The notes under the pieces are model-generated. The model searched no databases. It worked only from the letters and a program-made list of their open reading frames with translations, and was not told the origin of the DNA. From Pseudomonadota bacterium (GTDB taxonomy: Bacteria; Bdellovibrionota_G; JALEGL01; DATDPG01), in NCBI GenBank assembly GCA_043804515.1, contig JAZDIZ010000121.1, positions 1 through 25,276 on the forward strand: a stretch of 25,276 bases of DNA, given 5' to 3'. This document shows positions 15,922 to 25,276 of the stretch, in pieces (positions within the stretch are counted from its first letter, which is position 1; each line of letters opens with the position of its first letter). The position numbers and the translations under genes were made by a program.

Positions 15922-16320
15922 ATGCCGAAGGCGTTTTATAAGTTCACGGGAGTCGGGAAGAGAAAGACCGCGGTGGCGCGGGCGTTCATGAACGAGGGAG
16001 AGGGCCGCTACGTGATCAACGAGCGGGCGTTCGAGGAATATTTCCCCACGAAGGCCCTGCAGATCGCAGTTGTGCAGCCGTTCGAAGTGACGGGCACCAC
16101 GGGAAAGTTCGATGTGAAGATCCGGGTCGTCGGTGGCGGGCCCACGGGCCAAGCGGAAGCCTCGCGCCACGCGATCAGCCGGGCACTTCTTAAAGCGGAT
16201 ATCGAACACCGGACCAAACTGAAAGCCGCCGGATTTCTGACGCGGGACGCGAGAAAGAAGGAACGCAAGAAGTATGGACAACCCGGAGCGCGAAAGCGTT
16301 TCCAATACTCGAAGCGTTAA
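15922..16320 (+). CDS. rpsI: 30S ribosomal protein S9
   Basis: GKRKTAVAR, GGGPTGQA and LTRDARKKERKKYG...QYSKR motifs. Confidence 0.99.
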   Translation: MPKAFYKFTGVGKRKTAVARAFMNEGEGRYVINERAFEEYFPTKALQIAVVQPFEVTGTTGKFDVKIRVVGGGPTGQAEASRHAISRALLKADIEHRTKLKAAGFLTRDARKKERKKYGQPGARKRFQYSKR

Positions 16321-16346
16321 AAAAGATTTTTCGATTCGGTTTTTTC

Positions 16347-16375
16347 GAAAAAAGGGGCTTCTTGCCCCTTTTTTC
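16347..16375. terminator. Intrinsic terminator after rpsI (bidirectional type)
   Basis: GAAAAAAGGGGC-TTCTT-GCCCCTTTTTTC. Confidence 0.85.
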
Positions 16376-16402
16376 TTGCCCAAAATCCGCCGCAGTCTTT
16401 TA

Positions 16403-16613
16403 AACGAGGAGCGTGTCGTGTGCTCAGGTCGTCTTTGACTGAAGAGACGATCACTCGTGGCTGGAGCCGCTGGTGTTCCGTCGGCTCCGCCGGCAATCTA
16501 AGGCTCCGCCGCCGGAGCCCCCAGCGGCCAAACGATCTGCATGCGATTTCGCACACATCGGCTAAGCCGGTGTGTAAGTTCAGTGGCGTAGGGTTGGAGA
16601 GAAGGTTCTCGTT
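16403..16613 (+). ncRNA. Candidate structured RNA / 5' leader of pyrG
   Basis: Closing stem 16403-16410/16606-16613 encloses several 6-10 bp hairpins; no known family recognised. Confidence 0.35.
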
Positions 16614-16619
16614 CGATAA

Positions 16620-18253
<1,634 letters not shown>

Positions 18254-18354
18254 TTCTGATCCGGTACCCGCCAACGGTTACGGACCTCCGGTTTCCGGGT
18301 CTATTCTTGAGCCGATTGAAGATCCGGTCCGGCCGTGTTAGAGGGGCCGCTTCG

Positions 18355-19371
18355 ATGCCGATTCCGTTAAAGCAGCTCCTTCGTGTGGGCTCGTATGTCG
18401 TCAGGCAGAAACTGATGAGGAACAAACGTTTCTCCATGGTCCTGATGCTGGAGCCTCTTTTCCGCTGCAATTTGAAATGCGTGGGATGCGGGAAGATCCA
18501 GCAGCCCCGCGAAGTTTTGAAAAAGGAACTGACGCCGGGGGAGTGTTTCCGGGCCGCCAAGGAATGCGGCGCCCCGATCGTTTCCATCGCCGGAGGGGAG
18601 CCTCTGCTCCATCCTCGGATCGGGGAGATCGTGGACGGTTTCGTGTCCCGGAAGAGATTCGTCTACCTGTGCACGAACGGGATTCTCCTCGAAAAAAACC
18701 TCCATCGCTTCACCCCGTCGGACTATTTCACGATCAGCGTGCATGTCGACGGGATGCAGCGGCGGCACGATGAGCTGGTGGCCCTGGAAGGCACGTTTGA
18801 AAAAGCCATATCTGGCATCGAAACTGCGAAAGCCCTCGGTTTTCATCTCAACACGAACACGACGGTGTTCGAAGGGGAGTCGCCCGAGGAATTGGCGGAC
18901 CTTTTCGATTTCCTGACGGAATTGGGCGTGGACGGCCTGACGGTATCCCCCGGGTATGCGTACGAACATGCGCCGGACCGGGAACACTTTCTCCAACGTG
19001 AGCGGACGCAGCAATTCTTCATGCGGCTGTTCGAAATCGGCCGCCAACGCGGCCGAAAGTGGCCTTTCAATCACTCCCCGTTCTTCCTGGATTTTCTGGA
19101 AGGAAAGATCGATTACGATTGCACGCCTTGGGGTAATCCGAACTATTCCGTATTGGGTTGGCAGGCGCCTTGCTACCTGTTCGCGGAGGGGTACGCGAGG
19201 TCCTTTCGGGAGCTCCTGGAGGCCACGGACTGGAAAGCCTACGGAAGAAAGAGCGGGCATCCCGGTTGCACCGATTGCATGATGCACTGCGGATACGAGC
19301 CGAGCGCCGTCGCCGACTCCACGCGGAATCTGGCGCATACAATCCGTTCGATACGTTCCGTGTTGAGCTGA
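18355..19371 (+). CDS. hpnH: Adenosylhopane synthase (hopanoid radical SAM enzyme)
   Basis: LMLEPLFRCNLKCVGCGKI (CxxxCxxC), APIVSIAGGEPLLH, VYLCTN, SPGYAYE, CTPWGNP and CMMHCGYEPSAV motifs typical of HpnH; ATG 18355 with GAGGGG RBS. Confidence 0.93.
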   Translation: MPIPLKQLLRVGSYVVRQKLMRNKRFSMVLMLEPLFRCNLKCVGCGKIQQPREVLKKELTPGECFRAAKECGAPIVSIAGGEPLLHPRIGEIVDGFVSRKRFVYLCTNGILLEKNLHRFTPSDYFTISVHVDGMQRRHDELVALEGTFEKAISGIETAKALGFHLNTNTTVFEGESPEELADLFDFLTELGVDGLTVSPGYAYEHAPDREHFLQRERTQQFFMRLFEIGRQRGRKWPFNHSPFFLDFLEGKIDYDCTPWGNPNYSVLGWQAPCYLFAEGYARSFRELLEATDWKAYGRKSGHPGCTDCMMHCGYEPSAVADSTRNLAHTIRSIRSVLS

Positions 19372-19386
19372 ACCGGCGGCGCGACA

Positions 19387-19418
19387 TTCAAAAAAAGTGC
19401 CAACGCAACCCGTTGATA
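19387..19418 (-). promoter_or_regulatory. sigma54-like site plus IHF site on the strand opposite rpoN
   Basis: Minus-strand TGGCAC-TTTTT-TTGAA (19402-19387; GA instead of GC at -12) and TATCAACGGGTTG (19418-19406), an exact WATCAANNNNTTR match. Confidence 0.5.
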
Positions 19419-19594
19419 TTATGAAACAATAGCTGCTCAGTTCAACTTTCGACTTTTCAGCCACCCCCGGGGGGTGCTATCGTCTGAAGGACAGGAAGGT
19501 GTGGAGGAGGAGGACCTCCGGCAGTCCCAGAACCCCTTGAGTTTCCTCCGCGCTGACGTCCGGGAAACCTCCAGGCCTTCCGAGACCGTATCCC

Positions 19595-21070
19595 ATGGCG
19601 CTCGAACTGAAACAAACTCTACGCCTGAGCCAGCAGCTGGTGATGACGCCGCAGCTGCAGCAGGCCATCAAACTCCTCCAGCTCAACCGCCTCGAACTGG
19701 CCGAGCACATCATGGGCGAGATGCTCGAGAACCCGTTGCTCGAGGAGACGCCGGAAGTCTCCGAAGAGGAAATCAAGGAGGACGCGAAAGCCGAGAACGC
19801 CGAAAACACCGAAAAGCGGGAAGAAAAAGAGGAGAACAGCGAGGACAAAGCCAAAGAAATGCAGCCGGAGAAGGGGGAGGGCGCCGACGACATCAACTGG
19901 GAGAACTACCTGAACAGCCAGACGTACCAGCCGTACACCGGCGGCGGGTTCAAGGACATCGACCCGGATCTTCCCTCCTACGAATCCACGATGACCCGGC
20001 AGGAATCGCTGGCCGATCATCTTTCGTGGCAGCTCAAACTTTCGAAGCTGAGCGAGCGCGAGCAAGAAATCGCGGAAATGATCATCGGCAATCTGGACGA
20101 CAACGGATACCTGCGGGCGACGGTGGAGGACATCGCCCACAAAATCCGCGCCACGGCCGAGGAAGTGGAGCCGGTGCTTCGGAAGCTTCAGGAATTCGAT
20201 CCGATCGGCGTGGGCGCCCGGGATCTGCGCGAATGCCTGCTCATTCAGGCGCGCAATCTCCCCGAGAACGAGCTCGTCCTCAAGATCATCGGCGAGCACC
20301 TCAAGGATCTGGAGCGCAAGGCGCTCGGTTCCGTCGCAAAAGCCTGCGACGTCCCGGTGGCGGAAATCGTGGAAGCGGTCAAGAAAATCAGCCGATTGGA
20401 GCCGAAACCGGGCCGGCGGTTTTACGACGAGAGTTCCCAATACATCACGCCGGATATCTACGTGTACAAAGTCGGGGACGAGTACGTCATCGTGCTCAAC
20501 GAGGACGGCCTTCCGAAGCTCCGGATTTCAAACTTCTATCAAAGCATCCTTCGCTCGGGGGATCGCAAGGTTTCTCTTACCAAGGAGTACATCAACGAGA
20601 AGCTCCGTTCGGCGCTCTGGCTCATTCGTTCGATCCATCAACGCCAGCGCACGATTTACAAGGTCACGGAATCGATCGTGAAGATGCAGCGGGCGTTCCT
20701 GGACCACGGGATCTCCGCGCTCCGGCCGATGGTGTTGAGGGACGTGGCCGAGGACATCGGCATGCATGTATCCACCGTGAGCCGGGTCACGTCGAGCAAA
20801 TACATTCACACGCCTCAAGGGATTTTCGAGCTGAAGTACTTCTTTAATTCGAGCATCCGGAGGTTAGAGGGAGACGGCGTGGCATCGGAGGCGGTGAAGA
20901 ACCGCATCCGGGAGATCATTCAAGCGGAGGACGCGCGCCGTCCGTTCAGCGACCAGGAACTCGTGGAGCTCTTGCGGCAGAGCAATATTGACATCGCCCG
21001 CAGAACTGTTGCCAAATATCGTGAAATGTTGGGAGTCCTTTCCTCGTCCAAGCGGAAAAAGTTTTTTTAG
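19595..21070 (+). CDS. rpoN: RNA polymerase sigma-54 factor
   Basis: Region I QQLVMTPQLQQAIKLLQL, DPIGVGARDLRECL, HVSTVSRV and RpoN box ARRTVAKYRE. Confidence 0.99.
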   Translation: MALELKQTLRLSQQLVMTPQLQQAIKLLQLNRLELAEHIMGEMLENPLLEETPEVSEEEIKEDAKAENAENTEKREEKEENSEDKAKEMQPEKGEGADDINWENYLNSQTYQPYTGGGFKDIDPDLPSYESTMTRQESLADHLSWQLKLSKLSEREQEIAEMIIGNLDDNGYLRATVEDIAHKIRATAEEVEPVLRKLQEFDPIGVGARDLRECLLIQARNLPENELVLKIIGEHLKDLERKALGSVAKACDVPVAEIVEAVKKISRLEPKPGRRFYDESSQYITPDIYVYKVGDEYVIVLNEDGLPKLRISNFYQSILRSGDRKVSLTKEYINEKLRSALWLIRSIHQRQRTIYKVTESIVKMQRAFLDHGISALRPMVLRDVAEDIGMHVSTVSRVTSSKYIHTPQGIFELKYFFNSSIRRLEGDGVASEAVKNRIREIIQAEDARRPFSDQELVELLRQSNIDIARRTVAKYREMLGVLSSSKRKKFF

Positions 21071-21082
21071 GAGGTCGAAGAC

Positions 21083-21400
21083 ATGAAAATGACGATTACG
21101 TTCCGGCACATGCAATCGAGCCCGGCCATCAAGGAGTATGTCGACGATCGGCTCTCCAAGTTGGACCGTTATCTAAGACACCCCACGGATGCGCATGTGA
21201 TTCTGACGGTGGAGAAAAGCCACCACTTCGCGGAGATCGTGGTGTCCTCCAAGGGCTTACACGCCAAGGGGTCGGGCCGCACACAGGACATGTACGCCGC
21301 AATCGACGGAGCCGTGGAAAAGGTGGAGAAAACGCTGAAGCGGTACCACGACAAGAAGATCCAGAAGAGCCACGACACGCCCTTGGACGTGACTCCGTAG
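21083..21400 (+). CDS. hpf: Ribosome hibernation promoting factor (short HPF/RaiA)
   Basis: ITFRHMQSSPAIKEYV...DMYAAIDGAVEKVEKTLKRY; follows rpoN; GGAGG RBS. Confidence 0.93.
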   Translation: MKMTITFRHMQSSPAIKEYVDDRLSKLDRYLRHPTDAHVILTVEKSHHFAEIVVSSKGLHAKGSGRTQDMYAAIDGAVEKVEKTLKRYHDKKIQKSHDTPLDVTP

Positions 21401-21424
21401 ATTCACCGGAGAAGTTCGGATTCT

Positions 21425-21455
21425 GAAGCCGCGGAAACCCCGCGGCTTCTTTTTT
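21425..21455 (+). terminator. Intrinsic terminator after hpf
   Basis: GAAGCCGCGG-AAACC-CCGCGGCTTC followed by T6. Confidence 0.85.
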
Positions 21456-21482
21456 GGCGGGGATTGGGGTAGGTTTCGCGTC

Positions 21483-21944
21483 GTGAAGCTGACCGACATG
21501 CTCCAGGAGCCGTTGATTTTTCCGGACCTTTGGATCCATCAAAAGGAAGAGGCTCTGAGGGTCATGTCGGAGGGGATCGCCAAGGCCGTTCCGGAGGTGG
21601 ACGCGAAGGATCTCTTTGCCACCATCATGGAACGGGAGAAGCTCTGCTCCACCGGTATTGGAAGCGGGATCGCCATCCCGCACGCCAAGATTCCGAAGCT
21701 GGCGGCTCATGTGATGGCCATGGGGCGTAGCCGGGCGGGGATCGATTTCGGATCGATCGACAAGAAGCCCGTCCATCTCATCTTTATGATCGTGGGGCCC
21801 ACGGCTTCCAATGAGAACCATCTCAAAGCGCTGGCGCGGATCTCGAAGTTCCTTCACGACACGAATTTTCGGGACCGGCTTTTAACCGCCGATTCCGCCA
21901 AGAAGATCTACGACATCATCGCCGACAAGGACGCGCAATACTGA
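21483..21944 (+). CDS. ptsN: PTS IIA-like nitrogen regulatory protein (EIIA-Ntr)
   Basis: EREKLCSTGIGSGIAIPHAK phospho-His motif and HLKALARIS; rpoN-operon context. Confidence 0.92.
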   Translation: MKLTDMLQEPLIFPDLWIHQKEEALRVMSEGIAKAVPEVDAKDLFATIMEREKLCSTGIGSGIAIPHAKIPKLAAHVMAMGRSRAGIDFGSIDKKPVHLIFMIVGPTASNENHLKALARISKFLHDTNFRDRLLTADSAKKIYDIIADKDAQY

Positions 21945-21958
21945 GGGAATAAAGCGAC

Positions 21959-22816
21959 GTGAGGGCCATAATCATCTCCGGGCTGTCGGGATCGGGCAAA
22001 ACGTCGGCCATCAAAGCTCTCGAGGATGCGGGGTACTATTGCATCGACAACCTCCCGGTTCCACTGCTGCGTGCCTTCTTTGAGCTTTCGTCTCATTCGG
22101 CGGCGGAGATCCAAAAAGTCGCGCTGGGGCTCGACGCCCGCGACAAGATACACATTGGAAAGCTTCCGGAGACCCTAAAACAGCTCGCGGTGGAAGGCCA
22201 TTCGTTCGAGTTGCTCTTCCTGGACGCTTCCGATGAGGTCCTGGCCCGGCGCTTCAGCGAGACGCGCCGCAAACACCCGCTGGCGCTGGAGGGATCCCCT
22301 GTGGAAGGGATCCGCAAAGAGCGGGAGCTCTTGAAACCGGTGCGGGACATGGCCGCGCACGTCTTCGATACGAGCACGATGCGGACCACGGACCTGCGCC
22401 AGCAGGTCGTCAAACGGTACATGGAACCCTCCCAAAAGCCCTCCCTCTCCGTGCAGGTCGTGAGCTTCGGGTTTAAACACGGCCTTCCGCTCAATGCGGA
22501 CCTGGTTTTCGATGTGCGTTTTCTCCCCAACCCGTTTTTCAAGGAGGACCTCAAGCGGCTCAACGGCATGCATCCGGACGTGATCGATTACGTCATGGCG
22601 AAGGGGGAGGCGTCGGAGTTGCTCAAAGAGCTTAAACGGTTGATGCGGTTCATGATCCCGCGCTTCGACCGGGAGGGAAAGAGCTACCTTACGATCGCCG
22701 TCGGATGCACGGGCGGCAAACACCGGTCGGTGGTGATCGCGAAGAACGCCGCGGATTTCGTGGAGAAACTGGGCTATCCCGTCACGCTCGTTCATCGCGA
22801 TATGGAGCTGGAGTGA
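21959..22816 (+). CDS. rapZ: RNase adapter RapZ / YvcJ family P-loop protein
   Basis: SGLSGSGKT, YYCIDNLP, RRFSETRRKHPL, SFGFKHG, DVRFLPNP and GCTGGKHRSV motifs. Confidence 0.97.
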   Translation: MRAIIISGLSGSGKTSAIKALEDAGYYCIDNLPVPLLRAFFELSSHSAAEIQKVALGLDARDKIHIGKLPETLKQLAVEGHSFELLFLDASDEVLARRFSETRRKHPLALEGSPVEGIRKERELLKPVRDMAAHVFDTSTMRTTDLRQQVVKRYMEPSQKPSLSVQVVSFGFKHGLPLNADLVFDVRFLPNPFFKEDLKRLNGMHPDVIDYVMAKGEASELLKELKRLMRFMIPRFDREGKSYLTIAVGCTGGKHRSVVIAKNAADFVEKLGYPVTLVHRDMELE

Positions 22817-22833
22817 GGCGGGAAGGGGCCCCG

Positions 22834-23106
22834 TTGCTCGCCGCCCAGGTAACCATCGTCAACGAAAAGGGAATCCACACGCGTACGGCCACGGAACTCG
22901 TCAAGCTGGCTCAAACTTTTCATTCCGCGATTCGGATCTCACTGGATCGAATCACGGCCGACGCCAAGAGCGTAATCGAACTTTTGACGCTGGGGGCAGG
23001 GAAGGGACAAGTCGTGAGCGTCGAGGCTGAGGGGCCGGATGAGGCGGAGGCCCTCGAGAAGATCGTTCGTTTCATCCGGAACGGGTTCGCCGGGGCGAAC
23101 GAATGA
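22834..23106 (+). CDS. ptsH: Phosphocarrier protein HPr/NPr
   Basis: TTG start (GAAGGGG RBS) places His at residue 15 (NEKGIHTR) and Ser at residue 46 (DAKS), matching HPr numbering. Confidence 0.92.
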   Translation: MLAAQVTIVNEKGIHTRTATELVKLAQTFHSAIRISLDRITADAKSVIELLTLGAGKGQVVSVEAEGPDEAEALEKIVRFIRNGFAGANE

Positions 23107-24860
23107 AGGCGAAAGAGATCCAACTCAAAGGAACGGGGGCCTCGCCCGGAATCGCGTTGGGATACGTGCATGTGTTGGACCGCGGGAAGATCCCTGTCCC
23201 CCGGCGGACGCTCACGGCCGACAAGCTGGAGTGCGAACTGGAACGCTTTGAGGAGGCTCTGGCTCTCGCCCGCGATCAGCTCGGACATCTTCGGAAAAAG
23301 GTAAGCGCGGAACAAGGGGAAGAGCATCTTTATCTTCTCGAGGCCCAACTCCTGATGCTGGACGACCGCAGTCTGATCGAGGAAACGCGGGCGATCATCC
23401 AAAGCAACAGAATCAACGCGGAGTGGGCGCTTGCGAAGGCCCTGGAACACTTCAAGTCGATGTTCGACAAGATCGACGACGAGTACTTCCGGGACCGACG
23501 GAGCGACCTCGAGTACGTGGAGGAGAGGCTCCTTCGAATCCTGGCGGGGCGCCACGAAAGCGGTTTCGTGTCACTGCACCGGAAAACGGTAATCGTGGCA
23601 TACGAGGTGTCTCCCGCCGACCTTGCCAAAATCTCCAGGGAAAATCTCTCGGGCCTGGCCACGGACTCGGGCGGTCGCACATCCCACACCGCGATCGTGG
23701 CCCGTTCTTTTGGGATTCCCACCGTGGTGGGGCTTCAAGAGATTTCGCAGCTCGCGAAAAACGGAGACCGCGTCATTCTGGACGGGTTGACCGGCACGGT
23801 GTTCCTGAATCCCGATTCGAAGACCTGGTCCCAATTCGAAAAAAAGCGCGTGCGGTATCTGGAGGGGCGGAAAGAGCTTCTCAAGAACCGGCACTTTAAG
23901 GCGGAAACGAAGGATCTGTATGAAGTGCGCTTGAAGGCGAACCTGGATTTCTTGGAAGAGGTGCCCTCCGTTTTGGCCAATGGTGCTGAGGGAGTGGGGA
24001 TGCTCCGAACGGAGCACCTGTTTCTGGGCGGATCGATCCCTGTTTCGGAGGAAGAACAATTCCACAGTTATAGCGAGATCGTTAAGAAAATGAACCCCCA
24101 AGAAACGGTGATCCGGATTCTGGACCTTGCGGGGGACGACCTATTCTCCCCTCCGTCGGGGATGCATGTGGTGCGTAACGCCGTGCTGGGGTTGAGAGGA
24201 GCGCGTCTCCTCTTGGCCGAGCCCGAGATCCTCAGAACCCAGATGCGGGCGATCGTCCGGGCCAGCGCGTATGGGAAGGTGGGGATTCTTTATCCGATGG
24301 TGTCGACGGTGGATGAAGTGCGCCGTTTGAACGCGCATCTCAAGGAAACGATGACCCTTCTCAAGAAGGAGCATGTACCCTTTGATCCCGAGATTTCCGT
24401 GGGGGTGCTCGTGGAAGTGCCGGGGTTGGCTTTGATCGCCGACCAGATCTCCCAGGAGGTGAATTTTCTTTCGGTCGGAACGAACGATCTCATTCAGTAC
24501 ACGCTGGCCGCCGATCGGACGAACCCCCTGGTGGCGGATCTCTTCGACCCCTTGCATCCGGGGGTGCTGGCGCTGCTTAGGGGGATCGTGCAAATGGCGC
24601 ACAAGGCGGGCATCGAAGCAGGGGTCTGCGGCGAAATGGCAAGCGAGCCGCTGTTGATCCCGATTCTCGTGGGACTGGAGTTCAATTTCCTTTCGATGAA
24701 TCCGGGCTCGGTCCCATTGGCGAAAGAAATCGTGCGGGGTCTTTCCTTCGAGGAATGCAAAAGATGGGTTCACCGCGCCCTGGACGAGAACCACCCGGCG
24801 CAGGTGCGTCGGGAACTCGCGGCGTGGTGTTCACAGCGCTTCCCGGCGGTTTCCCCTTGA
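23103..24860 (+). CDS. ptsI: Phosphoenolpyruvate-protein phosphotransferase (PTS enzyme I)
   Basis: [21 protein letters not shown] (phospho-His), [13 protein letters not shown] and CGEMA motifs; no GAF domain; ATGA overlap with ptsH. Confidence 0.96.
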   Translation: MKAKEIQLKGTGASPGIALGYVHVLDRGKIPVPRRTLTADKLECELERFEEALALARDQLGHLRKKVSAEQGEEHLYLLEAQLLMLDDRSLIEETRAIIQSNRINAEWALAKALEHFKSMFDKIDDEYFRDRRSDLEYVEERLLRILAGRHESGFVSLHRKTVIVAYEVSPADLAKISRENLSGLATDSGGRTSHTAIVARSFGIPTVVGLQEISQLAKNGDRVILDGLTGTVFLNPDSKTWSQFEKKRVRYLEGRKELLKNRHFKAETKDLYEVRLKANLDFLEEVPSVLANGAEGVGMLRTEHLFLGGSIPVSEEEQFHSYSEIVKKMNPQETVIRILDLAGDDLFSPPSGMHVVRNAVLGLRGARLLLAEPEILRTQMRAIVRASAYGKVGILYPMVSTVDEVRRLNAHLKETMTLLKKEHVPFDPEISVGVLVEVPGLALIADQISQEVNFLSVGTNDLIQYTLAADRTNPLVADLFDPLHPGVLALLRGIVQMAHKAGIEAGVCGEMASEPLLIPILVGLEFNFLSMNPGSVPLAKEIVRGLSFEECKRWVHRALDENHPAQVRRELAAWCSQRFPAVSP

Positions 24861-24886
24861 CGGTGCGGTGGTCTCGGTGCTACCCA
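24857..24886 (+). promoter_or_regulatory. Putative sigma70 promoter of metK
   Basis: TTGACG-18 bp-TACCCA with TG extension; weak -10. Confidence 0.35.
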
Positions 24887-24945
24887 GAACGACTTTAAAG
24901 ACCGACCCTGGAAGAAGAGGGCGGTGGAAAAAGGAGAAGCGAAGT

Positions 24946-25276
24946 ATGGCCTCAGATTCATTCTTGTTTACGTCCGAATCCGTTACCGAAGGACATCCCG
25001 ACAAACTTTGCGACCAGATTTCCGATGCGGTTTTGGACGCCTATATCGCCCAGGATCCGAACAGCCGCGTGGCTTGCGAAGTCATGGCGGGGCGCGAATT
25101 TTTGCACATCGCGGGGGAGATCACATCCAAGGGCAAAGTCGATTTCGAAAAACTGGCCCGCCAAGTGGTCGCGGACATTGGATACACGATCCCCGGCGTG
25201 GGTTTTGACGCCCAGACGTGCAAGGTCCAGGTCTCCGTGGGAACGCAGTCGCCGGACATCTCGCAGGGGGTGACGG
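24946..25276 (+). CDS. metK: S-adenosylmethionine synthetase (partial, runs off the window)
   Basis: Not in the ORF track. Translates as [32 protein letters not shown]...RVACE...GEIT...[18 protein letters not shown]. Confidence 0.97.
   Translation, partial: MASDSFLFTSESVTEGHPDKLCDQISDAVLDAYIAQDPNSRVACEVMAGREFLHIAGEITSKGKVDFEKLARQVVADIGYTIPGVGFDAQTCKVQVSVGTQSPDISQGVT

Noticed and set aside
16406..16460. SAH riboswitch (GAGGAGCG) or hammerhead (CTGAAGA) motifs
   Set aside because: The partner elements are missing: no GCCAGGCTC, and no GAAA after stem II.
24861..24945. SAM riboswitch upstream of metK
   Set aside because: No SAM-I, SAM-II or SAM/SAH core motifs; the region holds a likely promoter and one small hairpin.

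Overview
GC-rich, gene-dense chromosomal window whose gene content suggests a deltaproteobacterial lineage (Myxococcota/Bdellovibrionota-like; an inference). The left half holds a hypothetical gene, an orphan OppA-type binding protein, a cbs + cystathionine gamma-lyase/synthase pair, ispH, an exported HEAT-repeat protein and a signalling cluster. That cluster comprises a membrane Ser/Thr kinase, a BamC-like lipoprotein and two HU/IHF paralogs flanking an FHA-FHA sigma54 activator. The right half holds a lipoprotein, hutU-hutI, rplM-rpsI, pyrG, hpnH, rpoN-hpf-ptsN-rapZ-ptsH-ptsI and the start of metK. No tRNA, rRNA, CRISPR array or transposase was recognised. Most notable: (1) the kinase ends in a degenerate RelE/ParE toxin-like domain after a hydrophobic segment; (2) a complete sigma54 promoter (paired enhancer boxes, IHF site, -24/-12) at 4945-5073 has no protein gene downstream and appears to drive a structured small RNA; (3) hpnH sits between pyrG and rpoN, where Kdo/Lpt LPS genes usually lie; (4) several structured intergenic elements and a shared pseudo-palindromic box are unexplained.
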